DNA of 40,052 bases from Candidatus Omnitrophota bacterium (GTDB lineage Bacteria; Omnitrophota; Gorgyraeia; JABMQH01): contig JBAWYO010000001.1 of assembly GCA_037143495.1 (NCBI GenBank), forward strand, positions 1-40,052. Direction: 5' to 3'. The notes beneath the pieces were generated by a model. It was not told the DNA's origin and searched no databases. It saw only the letters and a program-made list of their open reading frames with translations. How positions within the stretch are numbered: the first letter of the stretch is position 1; every line of letters starts with the position of its first letter. The translations under genes and the position numbers were made by a program. Positions 8,180 to 17,068 of the stretch are shown piece after piece.

Positions 8180-8989
8180 TTAATCCGGCGGCGGCTGAGT
8201 AGTGACCGGGGCGGGCGCGTTTGTCAGGCCGCCCTGTGATGCCAGGAAGAGGCCTTTTAACGCCTGGTTCTGGGGATCATCTTCCCGGTGTCTTGCTTTC
8301 AATGATTTGTTTCCCGGTCCGAAGTAATACGTGACGCCCGTTAAGAAGCTGTGATAGTTGCTCTCCCCCCAACGCGCATCGGCGAAGAAGGCGACCCCCG
8401 GGAGCACCTTAAGGCCTGGCATGTATTCGACGTTAACCAGTCCGGCGGTATCCCTGCCCGAATAGGCGCAGCCCGTGCCGAGGGAGAGGTTGTCCATCGG
8501 GTACCAGTTCAATCCCAGCTGCGAGAAGAGGCCCCCTTTTATACTACGCCCGTTCTGATAGCCCGCGTCTGCCGAGAGCGAAACCGGCCCGAGGTATAAT
8601 TCCCCCGTGGCGCCGCCCCGGTAGGATTCATAGGAACCGATCTGCGTCTCCGATCCGATAATACCCAGCAGCCCCTGGTCGGGGTTGCGCCAGAAGAGGG
8701 TGCCGCCCATGCCCCACATCGCATCCGCGCTGTAATCCCCGCCGATACCGTCGAGGGCAACGCCGAAGCTGTGGCCTACGGGTATCGTCACCGAGCCGTC
8801 GCCGAACCAGGTCTTGTCAGCGCTCAGGTCGGCATAGCCGCCCGATACTTTAGCGTTGATGGCCGAAACGGCTGGTTTTGACTCCACAGCGCCGGCGCGC
8901 GCAGCCAGGATACCGATCGCGCATACTGCCAGAAAAAAGATACTCGTTGCCTTCAAACCAGATGCGACCGCACTTACCCGTGATTTCAT
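8180..8989 (-). CDS. putative outer-membrane beta-barrel protein
   Basis: I prefer the ATG at 8989 (AGGAGGGG RBS), giving signal peptide MKSRVSAVASGLKATSIFFLAVCAIGILAARA. Gly/aromatic-rich alternating pattern, ..LTGVTYYF followed by a Pro-rich tail. The longer ORF-track start runs through the repeat at 9091. Confidence 0.55.
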   Translation of the reverse strand: MKSRVSAVASGLKATSIFFLAVCAIGILAARAGAVESKPAVSAINAKVSGGYADLSADKTWFGDGSVTIPVGHSFGVALDGIGGDYSADAMWGMGGTLFWRNPDQGLLGIIGSETQIGSYESYRGGATGELYLGPVSLSADAGYQNGRSIKGGLFSQLGLNWYPMDNLSLGTGCAYSGRDTAGLVNVEYMPGLKVLPGVAFFADARWGESNYHSFLTGVTYYFGPGNKSLKARHREDDPQNQALKGLFLASQGGLTNAPAPVTTQPPPD

Positions 8990-9090
8990 GACCCCTCCTG
9001 TTTTCGAATAGCCAGATACTGCTTGAGAACCGATTAGTTTCATTATAGAGCGCGACCCTGGAAAGTCAATCGATATCTGGGTTTGAGGAC

Positions 9091-9177
9091 GTTGGGTCCG
9101 TTTCCCAAGGAGGCACGTCTCCAATATAACAATAAAAACCTGAATTGAGAAGTGGTACTTCGGGAAACGTACCCCGA
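9091..9177 (+). repeat. hairpin repeat family 2, long copy
   Basis: GTTGGGTCCGTTTCCCAAGGAGGCACGTCTCCAATATAACAATAAAAACCTGAATTGAGAAGTGGTACTTCGGGAAACGTACCCC. Outer stem plus inner GGAG..CTCC stem. Confidence 0.85.
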
Positions 9178-9266
9178 CATTCCTTAACGTGATATACCCA
9201 GGTACACTTGATTTCATTTTTTTATTCTTCTATACTACTGCGCAGCTAGAGAAAAGTCATGAGTGG

Positions 9267-9335
9267 CGCTGTAGAAGTCCTGCTCGGGGGCATCCTGAAT
9301 CGAGTAGGGTGCACCACTATAGGATGTCTGCGCAT
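9267..9335 (+). repeat. compact palindromic copy of repeat family 1 (L-arm + R-arm, no insert)
   Basis: GCGCTGTAGAAGTCCT..GGGGCATCCT-gaatcgagt-AGGGTGCACC..TAGGATGTCTGCGC. Ends 14 nt before the GH5 ATG. Confidence 0.8.
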
Positions 9336-9348
9336 AGAAGAGTGAGTT

Positions 9349-10581
9349 ATGGCATATAAAATAACATATCTGCATACGGAAGGAACGCGCATCGTTGATG
9401 AGCGCGGAAAGCGCATTGTCCTCAAAGGCGTGAACCTTGGCGGTTGGCTCATGATGGAAGGATACATGTTCGGCGGCCGCAACATTTCTGAGCACGAGCT
9501 GCGCGCATCCGTCGGGAAAGAGCTGGGTAAAGAGGCGCTCACGGAGTTTACCAGAGCGTTTCGCGATACCTTCATCCGCGAGGATGATATCAAGATCATA
9601 AAAAGCTGGGGCGCTAATTGCATCAGGATACCGTTTAATTACCGCCTGATAGAATGTGAGGAGGGGGCGCGTGGCGTCAACAGGGAGGGGCTCTCGTATC
9701 TTGACCGTGCCGTGAAGTGGTGTGAGAAGCATAATATCTATTGTATCCTTGACATGCACGCTGCGCCGGGCGCGCAGAACTGCGCGTGGCACTCCGACTC
9801 CTACGGGAAGGCAGCGTTGTTCACCAGCGAAGCGAATAAGAGCCGCTACGTACGGTTGTGGCGTTTCTTAGCGGACCGTTACCAGGGATCCGCCGCTGTA
9901 GCCGGATATGATGTGCTGAATGAGCCCGTCGTCGGGCTCCGGGAAGAGGGAGAATTAAAGGAACTTTATGGCAGAGTCGTACAAGCGATACGTAGTGCCG
10001 ACAAAAAACATATCATATTTCTTGAGGGCAACATCCTTGCCCAGCGGATCAATTTTCTGGGCAAACCCGCCGACCACAATACGGTGTACAGCATGCATGC
10101 GTACCCGTCGCTCGATTTTACCCACAATTTCGAAATAGGATTACAATATCCGGGTACGGCGCATGGTATCCGATGGGATCGCGATAGCCTCGAACGTCTC
10201 GCTGCGACGTTTACATCTTTCATGAACAAACACCAGGTGCCGCTCTACGTGGGTGAGTTTGGTGTGAATGCCCGTGGCGGCCATGCCGGAGAAGTGCGGT
10301 GGGTGGAGGATATCATCAGCATCTTCACTGAGAATCATTTGAGCTGGACGTACTGGACGTACAAGACGATCGCGAATTACGCGTTCCCCGATGGTATATA
10401 CAGGTATCTTGCCAATCCCGCGTGGGTAAACAGGCAGGGGCCGGTATCGGGATGCGAGACCTTTGCCGGCTTGTGGCCAACGGCAAAGAGCAAGATGACA
10501 CGCTCGTGGCGGACGGAGAATTTTGTCCGCAATGATACGATATACGCTGTATTGAGAAAGTACTTCTTGCGGGTGTTGTAG
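9349..10581 (+). CDS. glycoside hydrolase family 5 (cellulase-like)
   Basis: GVNLGGWLMMEGYM, IRIPFNY, LDMHAAPGAQN, DVLNEP (acid/base Glu) and YVGEFG (nucleophile Glu) are GH5 hallmarks. No signal peptide seen. Confidence 0.85.
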   Translation: MAYKITYLHTEGTRIVDERGKRIVLKGVNLGGWLMMEGYMFGGRNISEHELRASVGKELGKEALTEFTRAFRDTFIREDDIKIIKSWGANCIRIPFNYRLIECEEGARGVNREGLSYLDRAVKWCEKHNIYCILDMHAAPGAQNCAWHSDSYGKAALFTSEANKSRYVRLWRFLADRYQGSAAVAGYDVLNEPVVGLREEGELKELYGRVVQAIRSADKKHIIFLEGNILAQRINFLGKPADHNTVYSMHAYPSLDFTHNFEIGLQYPGTAHGIRWDRDSLERLAATFTSFMNKHQVPLYVGEFGVNARGGHAGEVRWVEDIISIFTENHLSWTYWTYKTIANYAFPDGIYRYLANPAWVNRQGPVSGCETFAGLWPTAKSKMTRSWRTENFVRNDTIYAVLRKYFLRVL

Positions 10582-10640
10582 ACGTCCTACTCGGGGACAC
10601 CCTGAATAGAATAGGGTGTACCATAATAGGACGTCTACAT
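10573..10640 (+). repeat. compact palindromic copy of repeat family 1
   Basis: 13-bp perfect outer stem TGTAGACGTCCTA/TAGGACGTCTACA, inner stem GGGACACCCT/AGGGTGTACC, loop gaatagaat. The GH5 stop codon TAG (10579-10581) lies inside the L-arm. Confidence 0.9.
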
Positions 10641-10780
10641 ATACCAATAATATAGTTAGGTTATAAAAAAATTAGTTTTATTTTTTTGAAATGGATCGTA
10701 TATATGGTATACTTCTGCTTAGCGGGGAGTACTATTTTTTTGTGATCTATATAAAGATATTATAAAAAAATCAGCATACC

Positions 10781-12262
10781 ATGCGGAAACGATCTATCCT
10801 CCAACTGTGTACGATAGTACTCATGACCGCCCTCTGTTGCGCGGCGAATGGTGGGTCTATAGCCCATGGTCAATGCCCATCGACCGTCCTGCGGCCGGTC
10901 GCTCATGATCAACGGGAGGAGGCCCTTGAGATAGAGTCGATAGAATGGAATCCGTACTTCCCGTTAAGCGAAGAGCTTAAAAAAAAGATCATAGCTGTTA
11001 TCACCTGGCAGCTGCGGCCTGATTTTTCGCACAGCCGTTCAGGATATCTCCGGTTGCCGGAGGTGCTGGCTGTCGCGGTCGAAACAGCGGCGGGGCGCAA
11101 AACATTCGAGATACCACTTTTGAAACTTAAGAATATCGGTGATTTCCACGATGCCAGTAACCCTACAATGCCAGGCGCCGACGTGCCCGGATATCTGCAG
11201 CACGAGGTATTCCCCGAGGTCCATCCTGAGATCGACGCCGAGTGCTATCTGCATCCGGTGATGGTCCCGCCCATTCCGCGCGGCAGCGACCGCTACCGGT
11301 TCAATCTTCGTGAATACGCGCACACCGGTGAGGCACTCTTTCGCGGTGCGGATGTTGGCATCCCGTTCGCGGTGATCAAATACAAGGGGCGCGCTTTTCG
11401 CGGCGACCAGATCGGCGCGCTCGTGCTGGGCTGTTTCGAAGAGCAGGACAGGCGTTTTGCGCATCTGTTCAATGGCGCTGTGCTGGAGCTGGACCACATT
11501 CAACAGCCGGTATTGACCCTCGGCGAGTATGCCCGGTCGGTGGTCCCGCACCCGGATGATATGGGCAGTATATTGTCGTTCATGAGAGAAGGGATCGGCG
11601 CCTGGGGGGACGCGACGCGCGATCTGACCAATATAGGCGTCTTGCACGCTTCCACGCACCCGTTCAATGTTTCCTATGTCAAAGGACGAATGTACTATCA
11701 TGATTTTATTGAGACAAAGTGGAATCGCGATTTTACCCCGGAACAAGCGTTCCTCTATCAGCTGACCTGGCCGATCACGCACGCGATCTGCGGATTGGAG
11801 CTCTTGCTGCTGCAGACCGATCTGGGGCCGCCGCTGATCATGATGTACCACAATGCGGGAGAAAATCCATACAAGGATTGGCTGCGCCGATATTTTCGGG
11901 ATGCTGATGTGCGGACATTGCGGGTCATCGATCACGTAGCGGATGAATTGTTCGATAAGGCGGTTGATGCGCTGATGAAGTACGGCCAGACGGGGATATC
12001 ATTTGAGCAATATGCCCAGGAACGGGAGATGACGTATATGATCGCGTCCGTGGGGCTCTTCCCGGCGCTTGAGTCAATACAACAGCATCTGGGGTTGCGC
12101 GCGCCATACTCACAGGAAGAATACATACGGCGATTTGCGCTTTATAAACAGGAATCACTCGAGCTTGCCAACAGGTGGAGGGGTGAGCATGGACTTCCGC
12201 CGCTCGTTACGCAAACGGTTGCCGATTTCTATCGTCAGAACGTGTTCGACGATGATGTGTGA
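10781..12262 (+). CDS. hypothetical exported protein (LRPVA-HDQREE motif)
   Basis: 493 aa with signal-like MRKRSILQLCTIVLMTALCCAANG. LRPVA at nt 10889-10903. Possible degenerate kinase-like motif at nt 11642-11713. The antisense ORF 11039..11935 is judged spurious. Confidence 0.7.
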   Translation: MRKRSILQLCTIVLMTALCCAANGGSIAHGQCPSTVLRPVAHDQREEALEIESIEWNPYFPLSEELKKKIIAVITWQLRPDFSHSRSGYLRLPEVLAVAVETAAGRKTFEIPLLKLKNIGDFHDASNPTMPGADVPGYLQHEVFPEVHPEIDAECYLHPVMVPPIPRGSDRYRFNLREYAHTGEALFRGADVGIPFAVIKYKGRAFRGDQIGALVLGCFEEQDRRFAHLFNGAVLELDHIQQPVLTLGEYARSVVPHPDDMGSILSFMREGIGAWGDATRDLTNIGVLHASTHPFNVSYVKGRMYYHDFIETKWNRDFTPEQAFLYQLTWPITHAICGLELLLLQTDLGPPLIMMYHNAGENPYKDWLRRYFRDADVRTLRVIDHVADELFDKAVDALMKYGQTGISFEQYAQEREMTYMIASVGLFPALESIQQHLGLRAPYSQEEYIRRFALYKQESLELANRWRGEHGLPPLVTQTVADFYRQNVFDDDV

Positions 12263-12264
12263 TG

Positions 12265-12294
12265 CAGGTGTACCCTACGGACGTCTATGTATTT
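12265..12294 (+). repeat. solo R-arm of repeat family 1
   Basis: CAGGTGTACCCTACGGACGTCTATGTATTT, 14 nt upstream of the ATG at 12308. Confidence 0.7.
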
Positions 12295-12307
12295 GGGCTA
12301 ATGCGAT

Positions 12308-15124
12308 ATGATTAAAAAGAAAATAATTCATATTTTTGTACTGTGGGCGCTCGCGCTCTCGTTCTTATTTTTCGGCAACGAAGAGCTATCGTCGCGACCG
12401 ATAGCGGTCGCACAGGTCTGCTGCGCGCTCAGACCGGTCGCCAATAGCGAAGCGGCGCCTGCGCTCAGTCCTGATATCCTGACTCTTCCCGAGAGGATCA
12501 TCCGGGACGGGGTTCTTGCTCAGGACGCGAAGAGGCTTTTCGGCAGCGTCGATAGATTTGTTGCTGTTCTTCGTGATCCGACCGCGATCGATGAACGCAG
12601 GGAAGCTGGTGCGTCATTTTTGGCGGAGGCCGGCGTTCTCGCGGCTCGCACGCTGCAAAGCGTTCCGATCTGCGGGGACATACCTGTAGGTGATCATGGC
12701 GATTCGCGCGTGTTGTGCGAGCGGTTTTTGGAGGCGGTAGCGCTGCGAACCGGGACCCTGGAGGCGCGGCTGGCTGACCGGAGACTCTACCGGACTGATC
12801 GCGCGGACAATCTGGGAGCGTTGGCCGTTGAGTTCGGCGTTGAGCCGCTTCTCGTTCATTATCTTAATATGAGGTATAGCGGCATGACGATATTGGGAGA
12901 TAACGCACAGCTTCTTTTTACCCGTGAGGGCAAATACCGCAAGGTCGAAGGTTTTCTTGCCGACAAACTCTTTTTTTCAACGCGCAAAGTTTTCCTGGGA
13001 GAGTCGCCTTATGTATATAGCGCCCGCACCGGAAAGATCTACTATTACGGCAAGCCTTTGGATTTTGGGTACCGGGCGCACGCGTTCCAGGATGAATCGG
13101 ACAATTGGTATTTCAAGGAGGTTTGGGGACCGAATGGTCCGACGGGCGAAGTCGACGTGCGGACACTTGTCGTTAATTTCAGGAATTTTTGCAACAAGCC
13201 CTGCGCTTTTTGCTGGCGCGCATACCGGGAGCAGACGGAAGCCGTCGGTTTGCAGCAGATGGCCTTACGAAACCTCTCGGTCGATGACGGACTGGCCCAG
13301 ATAGCCGCCGCGCACGGCGTCGAAGTCTTTGGGCTCATCGAACGGATATCGGTCATGGAAGCGGGATTCCCCTCCGAGGAGCTGGAGGTCGATTTCCTGG
13401 TGGAGCTGATCGAAAAACTCAAAGCGCGGGGGTTTAAAGGGAAGATCACCCCGTTTACGTCATTTCTTCGCTCGCCCGCGTCATTTGACCGGTTGATCGC
13501 CAGCGGCTATTGCATGGACCAGTGCCTCTTCCCGATGGAATGTTTTACAAGGCGTAATGAGGTGCTCGGTGAGCGCAAACGCTGCACGCTTGAGGAAGCA
13601 TTTCAGCGTATGGAAGTGTCCCTGCGGTATTATCAGGACGTAAAAGCGTTCCTGCTTATCGGCCTGGCTGATGACCTGGAAGCTATCAGGCGCCACCTGC
13701 CCGAGATGCGCGCCCGCGGTCTGGGTGTGCAATTGAGCATGTATTCGGCGGTCCTGCCCCGGCAGAAGGATCTTTATTCGCGCGAACTTGTTGCCGATGA
13801 GAAGAATAACGGTCACATCCGCTTTTTGCTGCGCGCCGCGCGGATCGCTTTTGCCTACGGCGTGTCGTGTCCCGAAGGGTCCGTCGTTAACGGCATCTGG
13901 CCCGCCGGCGCGAACTCGCTCGTGCATCCCGACAGTATCCTTCTTATGCCCTCTGAGGCTGATGAACGTGATCCCCAAGAGGCGCTTGCACAGCGGAGAG
14001 AAACTCTGGCTAAAGTCGTCGCGACGGGAGGATTTGCGCCGATCGCCGGTTTTAATGCGGTCAGCTGGTGGAATGAGAGCAACCCTGACGGCTGGGAAGG
14101 GCGCCCCCTGACCGTCGCGCGCGCGGCCGGTGATCCCGTCGTCCAGAGCAATGTGATAGCCTGGACCGCAGCGCGCTCTAACGCCGCGGTGGTTTCGACG
14201 ATGATGGACCTGACGTATCAGCAGGAAGCCATTTTACTGGCGATGGGCAGACCCGCGCCGCTTCTTAACTATGACAATGGCGCTCCACAGATCCGAGGGG
14301 TGTTGGCGGGGTGGATGGAGATCGATTGGGATCAACAGCCGGTACCGGATGTGAGGACCTCCGGAAGGATACCGGTATATGCTGAAACGGTCAGAGCGCT
14401 GAAAAAAAGGTTCGGCTCCCCAAAGCCAGTCGCAGCATTCGTCCAGGGGCCTTATTCTGTCGCGACCGGGTTGCTTGGCGAAGACGCGCTCGTAGCGCCT
14501 CTTGAGCAACCCGAAAAATTTGCTGCTTTTCTCAGGTATCTCAACAGAGTCAATACCGCGATCATCGAGTATTTTGCCGAAAGCGGCGCCGATATAATTG
14601 CGTTCCCGGATCCGGTACCGACGGCGAATCTAAGCCCCAAAATGTTCGTTACCTATAGTGTTGATCAGATGAAAGCGATCGCGGCAGAAACACATAAACG
14701 GGGCCTGCTCTTTTTGTGGCATCCGTGCAGGCCGATAAACCCTGGGCTCGGAGAAAGGATCCTGCCTGATATACTTGGCGGCGCGACCGCGGCTGAGGTG
14801 GATATTTTGAGCCTTGATGCGGCGTTTAAGATGAGCGACGTTTATGACAGGTTGCGGCAGACAGGTAATAACGCTACCGTGCTCTTTGGAAATATTGATA
14901 CGGAACACTTGATGCCGGAAGGTCCCGCAGGGGCCATTCAAGACGCCGTAACGAGTCTTGATGCCGGTATGGGATCGCGTCGCTTCCTTTTGGGGACGAG
15001 CTGCGATTGTGCGAATGTTCCCCCCGCTCATTTCCAGGCTCTCTGTAGCGCTGCGCAGCAACATAGCGCCACAGCGGGGCAGCGCTTGACGGATCAGCCG
15101 GTGGAGATGCTGACCAATGTTTAA
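12308..15124 (+). CDS. fusion protein: signal-like N-terminus + LRPVA motif + radical SAM domain + uroporphyrinogen-decarboxylase (URO-D/MtaA-like) domain
   Basis: 938 aa. CNKPCAFC (CX3CX2C) at nt 13190-13213. The C-terminal ~300 aa (about nt 14105-15052) resemble the URO-D/methylcobamide methyltransferase fold (FVQGPYSVATGLLG, AESGADIIAFPDP, LLGTSCD). Confidence 0.7.
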   Translation: MIKKKIIHIFVLWALALSFLFFGNEELSSRPIAVAQVCCALRPVANSEAAPALSPDILTLPERIIRDGVLAQDAKRLFGSVDRFVAVLRDPTAIDERREAGASFLAEAGVLAARTLQSVPICGDIPVGDHGDSRVLCERFLEAVALRTGTLEARLADRRLYRTDRADNLGALAVEFGVEPLLVHYLNMRYSGMTILGDNAQLLFTREGKYRKVEGFLADKLFFSTRKVFLGESPYVYSARTGKIYYYGKPLDFGYRAHAFQDESDNWYFKEVWGPNGPTGEVDVRTLVVNFRNFCNKPCAFCWRAYREQTEAVGLQQMALRNLSVDDGLAQIAAAHGVEVFGLIERISVMEAGFPSEELEVDFLVELIEKLKARGFKGKITPFTSFLRSPASFDRLIASGYCMDQCLFPMECFTRRNEVLGERKRCTLEEAFQRMEVSLRYYQDVKAFLLIGLADDLEAIRRHLPEMRARGLGVQLSMYSAVLPRQKDLYSRELVADEKNNGHIRFLLRAARIAFAYGVSCPEGSVVNGIWPAGANSLVHPDSILLMPSEADERDPQEALAQRRETLAKVVATGGFAPIAGFNAVSWWNESNPDGWEGRPLTVARAAGDPVVQSNVIAWTAARSNAAVVSTMMDLTYQQEAILLAMGRPAPLLNYDNGAPQIRGVLAGWMEIDWDQQPVPDVRTSGRIPVYAETVRALKKRFGSPKPVAAFVQGPYSVATGLLGEDALVAPLEQPEKFAAFLRYLNRVNTAIIEYFAESGADIIAFPDPVPTANLSPKMFVTYSVDQMKAIAAETHKRGLLFLWHPCRPINPGLGERILPDILGGATAAEVDILSLDAAFKMSDVYDRLRQTGNNATVLFGNIDTEHLMPEGPAGAIQDAVTSLDAGMGSRRFLLGTSCDCANVPPAHFQALCSAAQQHSATAGQRLTDQPVEMLTNV

Positions 15125-15148
15125 CGGGGAGCGCAAGGCGTTGTAAAA

Positions 15149-15238
15149 GGCGTTGTAGACGTCCTAGTCAGGTATGCCCTGTAAATACAAATAGTTCAAA
15201 ATAGTGAAAAGAAATTACCTCCTTGAATCTGTCAAAGG
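15149..15238 (+). repeat. repeat family 1, L-arm + spacer (AAATACAAATAGTTCAAAATAGTGAAAAGAAATTACCTCC) with short hairpin
   Basis: Homologous to 2784-2860 and 8055-8127. Lies between convergent CDSs. Confidence 0.8.
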
Positions 15239-15239
15239 C

Positions 15240-16880
15240 TCATATGGCAATGTTGGATAGATGTGCGCTGGTGGGGGATACAGATGCGGAGGCGGGCGCC
15301 GGTACCGGGACAAGCATATTCGAAAGGCGGGCGGCCATGGTCCCGGGCGCTGTTTTTGAATGCAGGAGGTATCCCCGCGCACGTCCGGCATTGCCGACCT
15401 CAAGAGCCATGCCGGTCACATCGTCTTGTATGGCCAAAGACCGTGTCAGATCATGGGTCGAACTTATTGCAGGTGAATACGAAGAGGCATATGACGCATA
15501 AAAAACAAGCATGTTGCCGACCAGATCCATGCACCGGTCTTGATGCGAGTTTATCCTTAAAAATGCGCGCTGGAACCTCTCCGCGACCCTGAATTGCTCA
15601 CCCGTGGCCAGAGAGAAAGCAAATATCCCGCCCTCGCCGCTCCTGGTGTGTATCACCAGAAAATCGTCATTCATGATAAAGTATTCGAACTGATACTGTG
15701 CCAGATTATCGAATAAGGCCTGCGGCAGGTTGGCCGGTTCGCCCGTATGTTTGTCGAATATGGACAAAGACGGTCCGGCCTCACCATCTCCCAGCGCCCG
15801 GTTCACCGCCAGATATTTTGTGGGTGTCAGGGTGATGCTGCGCGCGACCACCTGTCGATTATCCCGGCGAACGACTTTAGCCGTGGCGGGACCAGCCAAG
15901 GCAACACGGGCCAGAGTATTACCGTCGAACTTAAAGAGTTGTGCCTCCCATTTATTATCCTCGATCGGACTGCGTGACGTTGGTAGGGGGCGCGCCGCCA
16001 CGGCGATCATGCCGTCATTCGTGACGATGATCGGGTCCGCCAGGTCCTCCATATTGACCCTGACGACCTGCCGGGCGCTCGTGCCCGTCACCAGATCAAC
16101 GACGCAGAGGTCAACATCAAATCCTTCCTCTTGCTCCACACTTTGACTGAAAAAGGCCAGGGTGTGACCGGCCAGCACGGCGCTCAACGGTTGCCGCGTC
16201 AGATAGGTTCCGACGACCTTATCTTCCCCGGTGTCCGTATCGACGATCTGCAGCCCCCTGGCGCTCTCCGCCGCACCCTCCAGATACCGGATCAGGTATC
16301 GTTCGTGCAAAAGGGTGTCTGACGGCTCTGTGACCGCCAGGAGCTTAAATTGTCCGTCGGCGGTCGTTGAGCGCAGATCAAATTCGATCATGCCGTCCGA
16401 CCGGTCGCTTGCGCTCCGGTCGGTGACCAGCAGTCTGCCGGCATTGAACTGGATAGGAGGAAACTCCGGCATATACGTCTGCGCGCCCGTTCGGTCAAGA
16501 ACGCTGCCGTCGGGCATCGTTATGCGGGAAAGGTCTATTCGGCCGATCAGCCCTCCGTCGGCAACCGTATAACGCCTGAAGATAAAATCCCCGCTTCGTA
16601 CCACCAGATACGTGCCGTCATACGTAAAAGCCGTAATGGACGGATCGCTTGCCAGGATATCCAATACCCGCTGCGGATAGGTGCCGCTCGATACTTGAGC
16701 GGATCCCCCGCTCAGGCCAAGAAGGGCGGTGGTGCGGGAACTTTCGTCAAGCGGGAGAGGGCGCAACGCCGGATGATCGGGCAAAGCGCAGGCGTGCGAT
16801 GCGCCGCTTATCATGCAGGCGGCCATAACGGATATCAGGGTAGACATTGTTATCGCATATATTCGGCTATGTGTGAGCAT
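15240..16880 (-). CDS. hypothetical exported protein (LRPLP-LDESS motif)
   Basis: ORF-track frame 15240..16979. The ATG at 16880 gives signal-like MLTHSRIYAITMSTLISVMAACMISGASHAC. LRPLP at nt 16766-16752. No family recognised. Confidence 0.6.
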   Translation of the reverse strand: MLTHSRIYAITMSTLISVMAACMISGASHACALPDHPALRPLPLDESSRTTALLGLSGGSAQVSSGTYPQRVLDILASDPSITAFTYDGTYLVVRSGDFIFRRYTVADGGLIGRIDLSRITMPDGSVLDRTGAQTYMPEFPPIQFNAGRLLVTDRSASDRSDGMIEFDLRSTTADGQFKLLAVTEPSDTLLHERYLIRYLEGAAESARGLQIVDTDTGEDKVVGTYLTRQPLSAVLAGHTLAFFSQSVEQEEGFDVDLCVVDLVTGTSARQVVRVNMEDLADPIIVTNDGMIAVAARPLPTSRSPIEDNKWEAQLFKFDGNTLARVALAGPATAKVVRRDNRQVVARSITLTPTKYLAVNRALGDGEAGPSLSIFDKHTGEPANLPQALFDNLAQYQFEYFIMNDDFLVIHTRSGEGGIFAFSLATGEQFRVAERFQRAFLRINSHQDRCMDLVGNMLVFYASYASSYSPAISSTHDLTRSLAIQDDVTGMALEVGNAGRARGYLLHSKTAPGTMAARLSNMLVPVPAPASASVSPTSAHLSNIAI

Positions 16881-17068
16881 ATAATTTTTTGTTAAACAAC
16901 GCACATGGTAAAACAGTTTAGTATAGAACCAAAAAAAATCCTTCCAACCGCCGGTTCCCTCTATTTTGCTCCTACCCAAAGTATATACTATGTCGCGCGA
17001 TTTGTCAATATAATTAAACTAAATTTTTATATTTTTACAATATATCATGAGGAGGACGCGGCTGAGCG

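Noticed and set aside
11039-11935. 298-aa minus-strand ORF, plus similar long antisense ORFs at 9235..9792, 13481..13978, 25492..26229, 27037..27768, 33031..33564, 36051..36635 and 38543..39376
   Set aside because: Each lies antisense to an ORF that is longer or carries clear family motifs (GH5, SAM-MTase, HpcH-like, MarR, GlnRS) or a signal peptide. Their translations are Arg/Pro/Ser-rich and low-complexity, as expected from shadow frames in GC-rich coding DNA.
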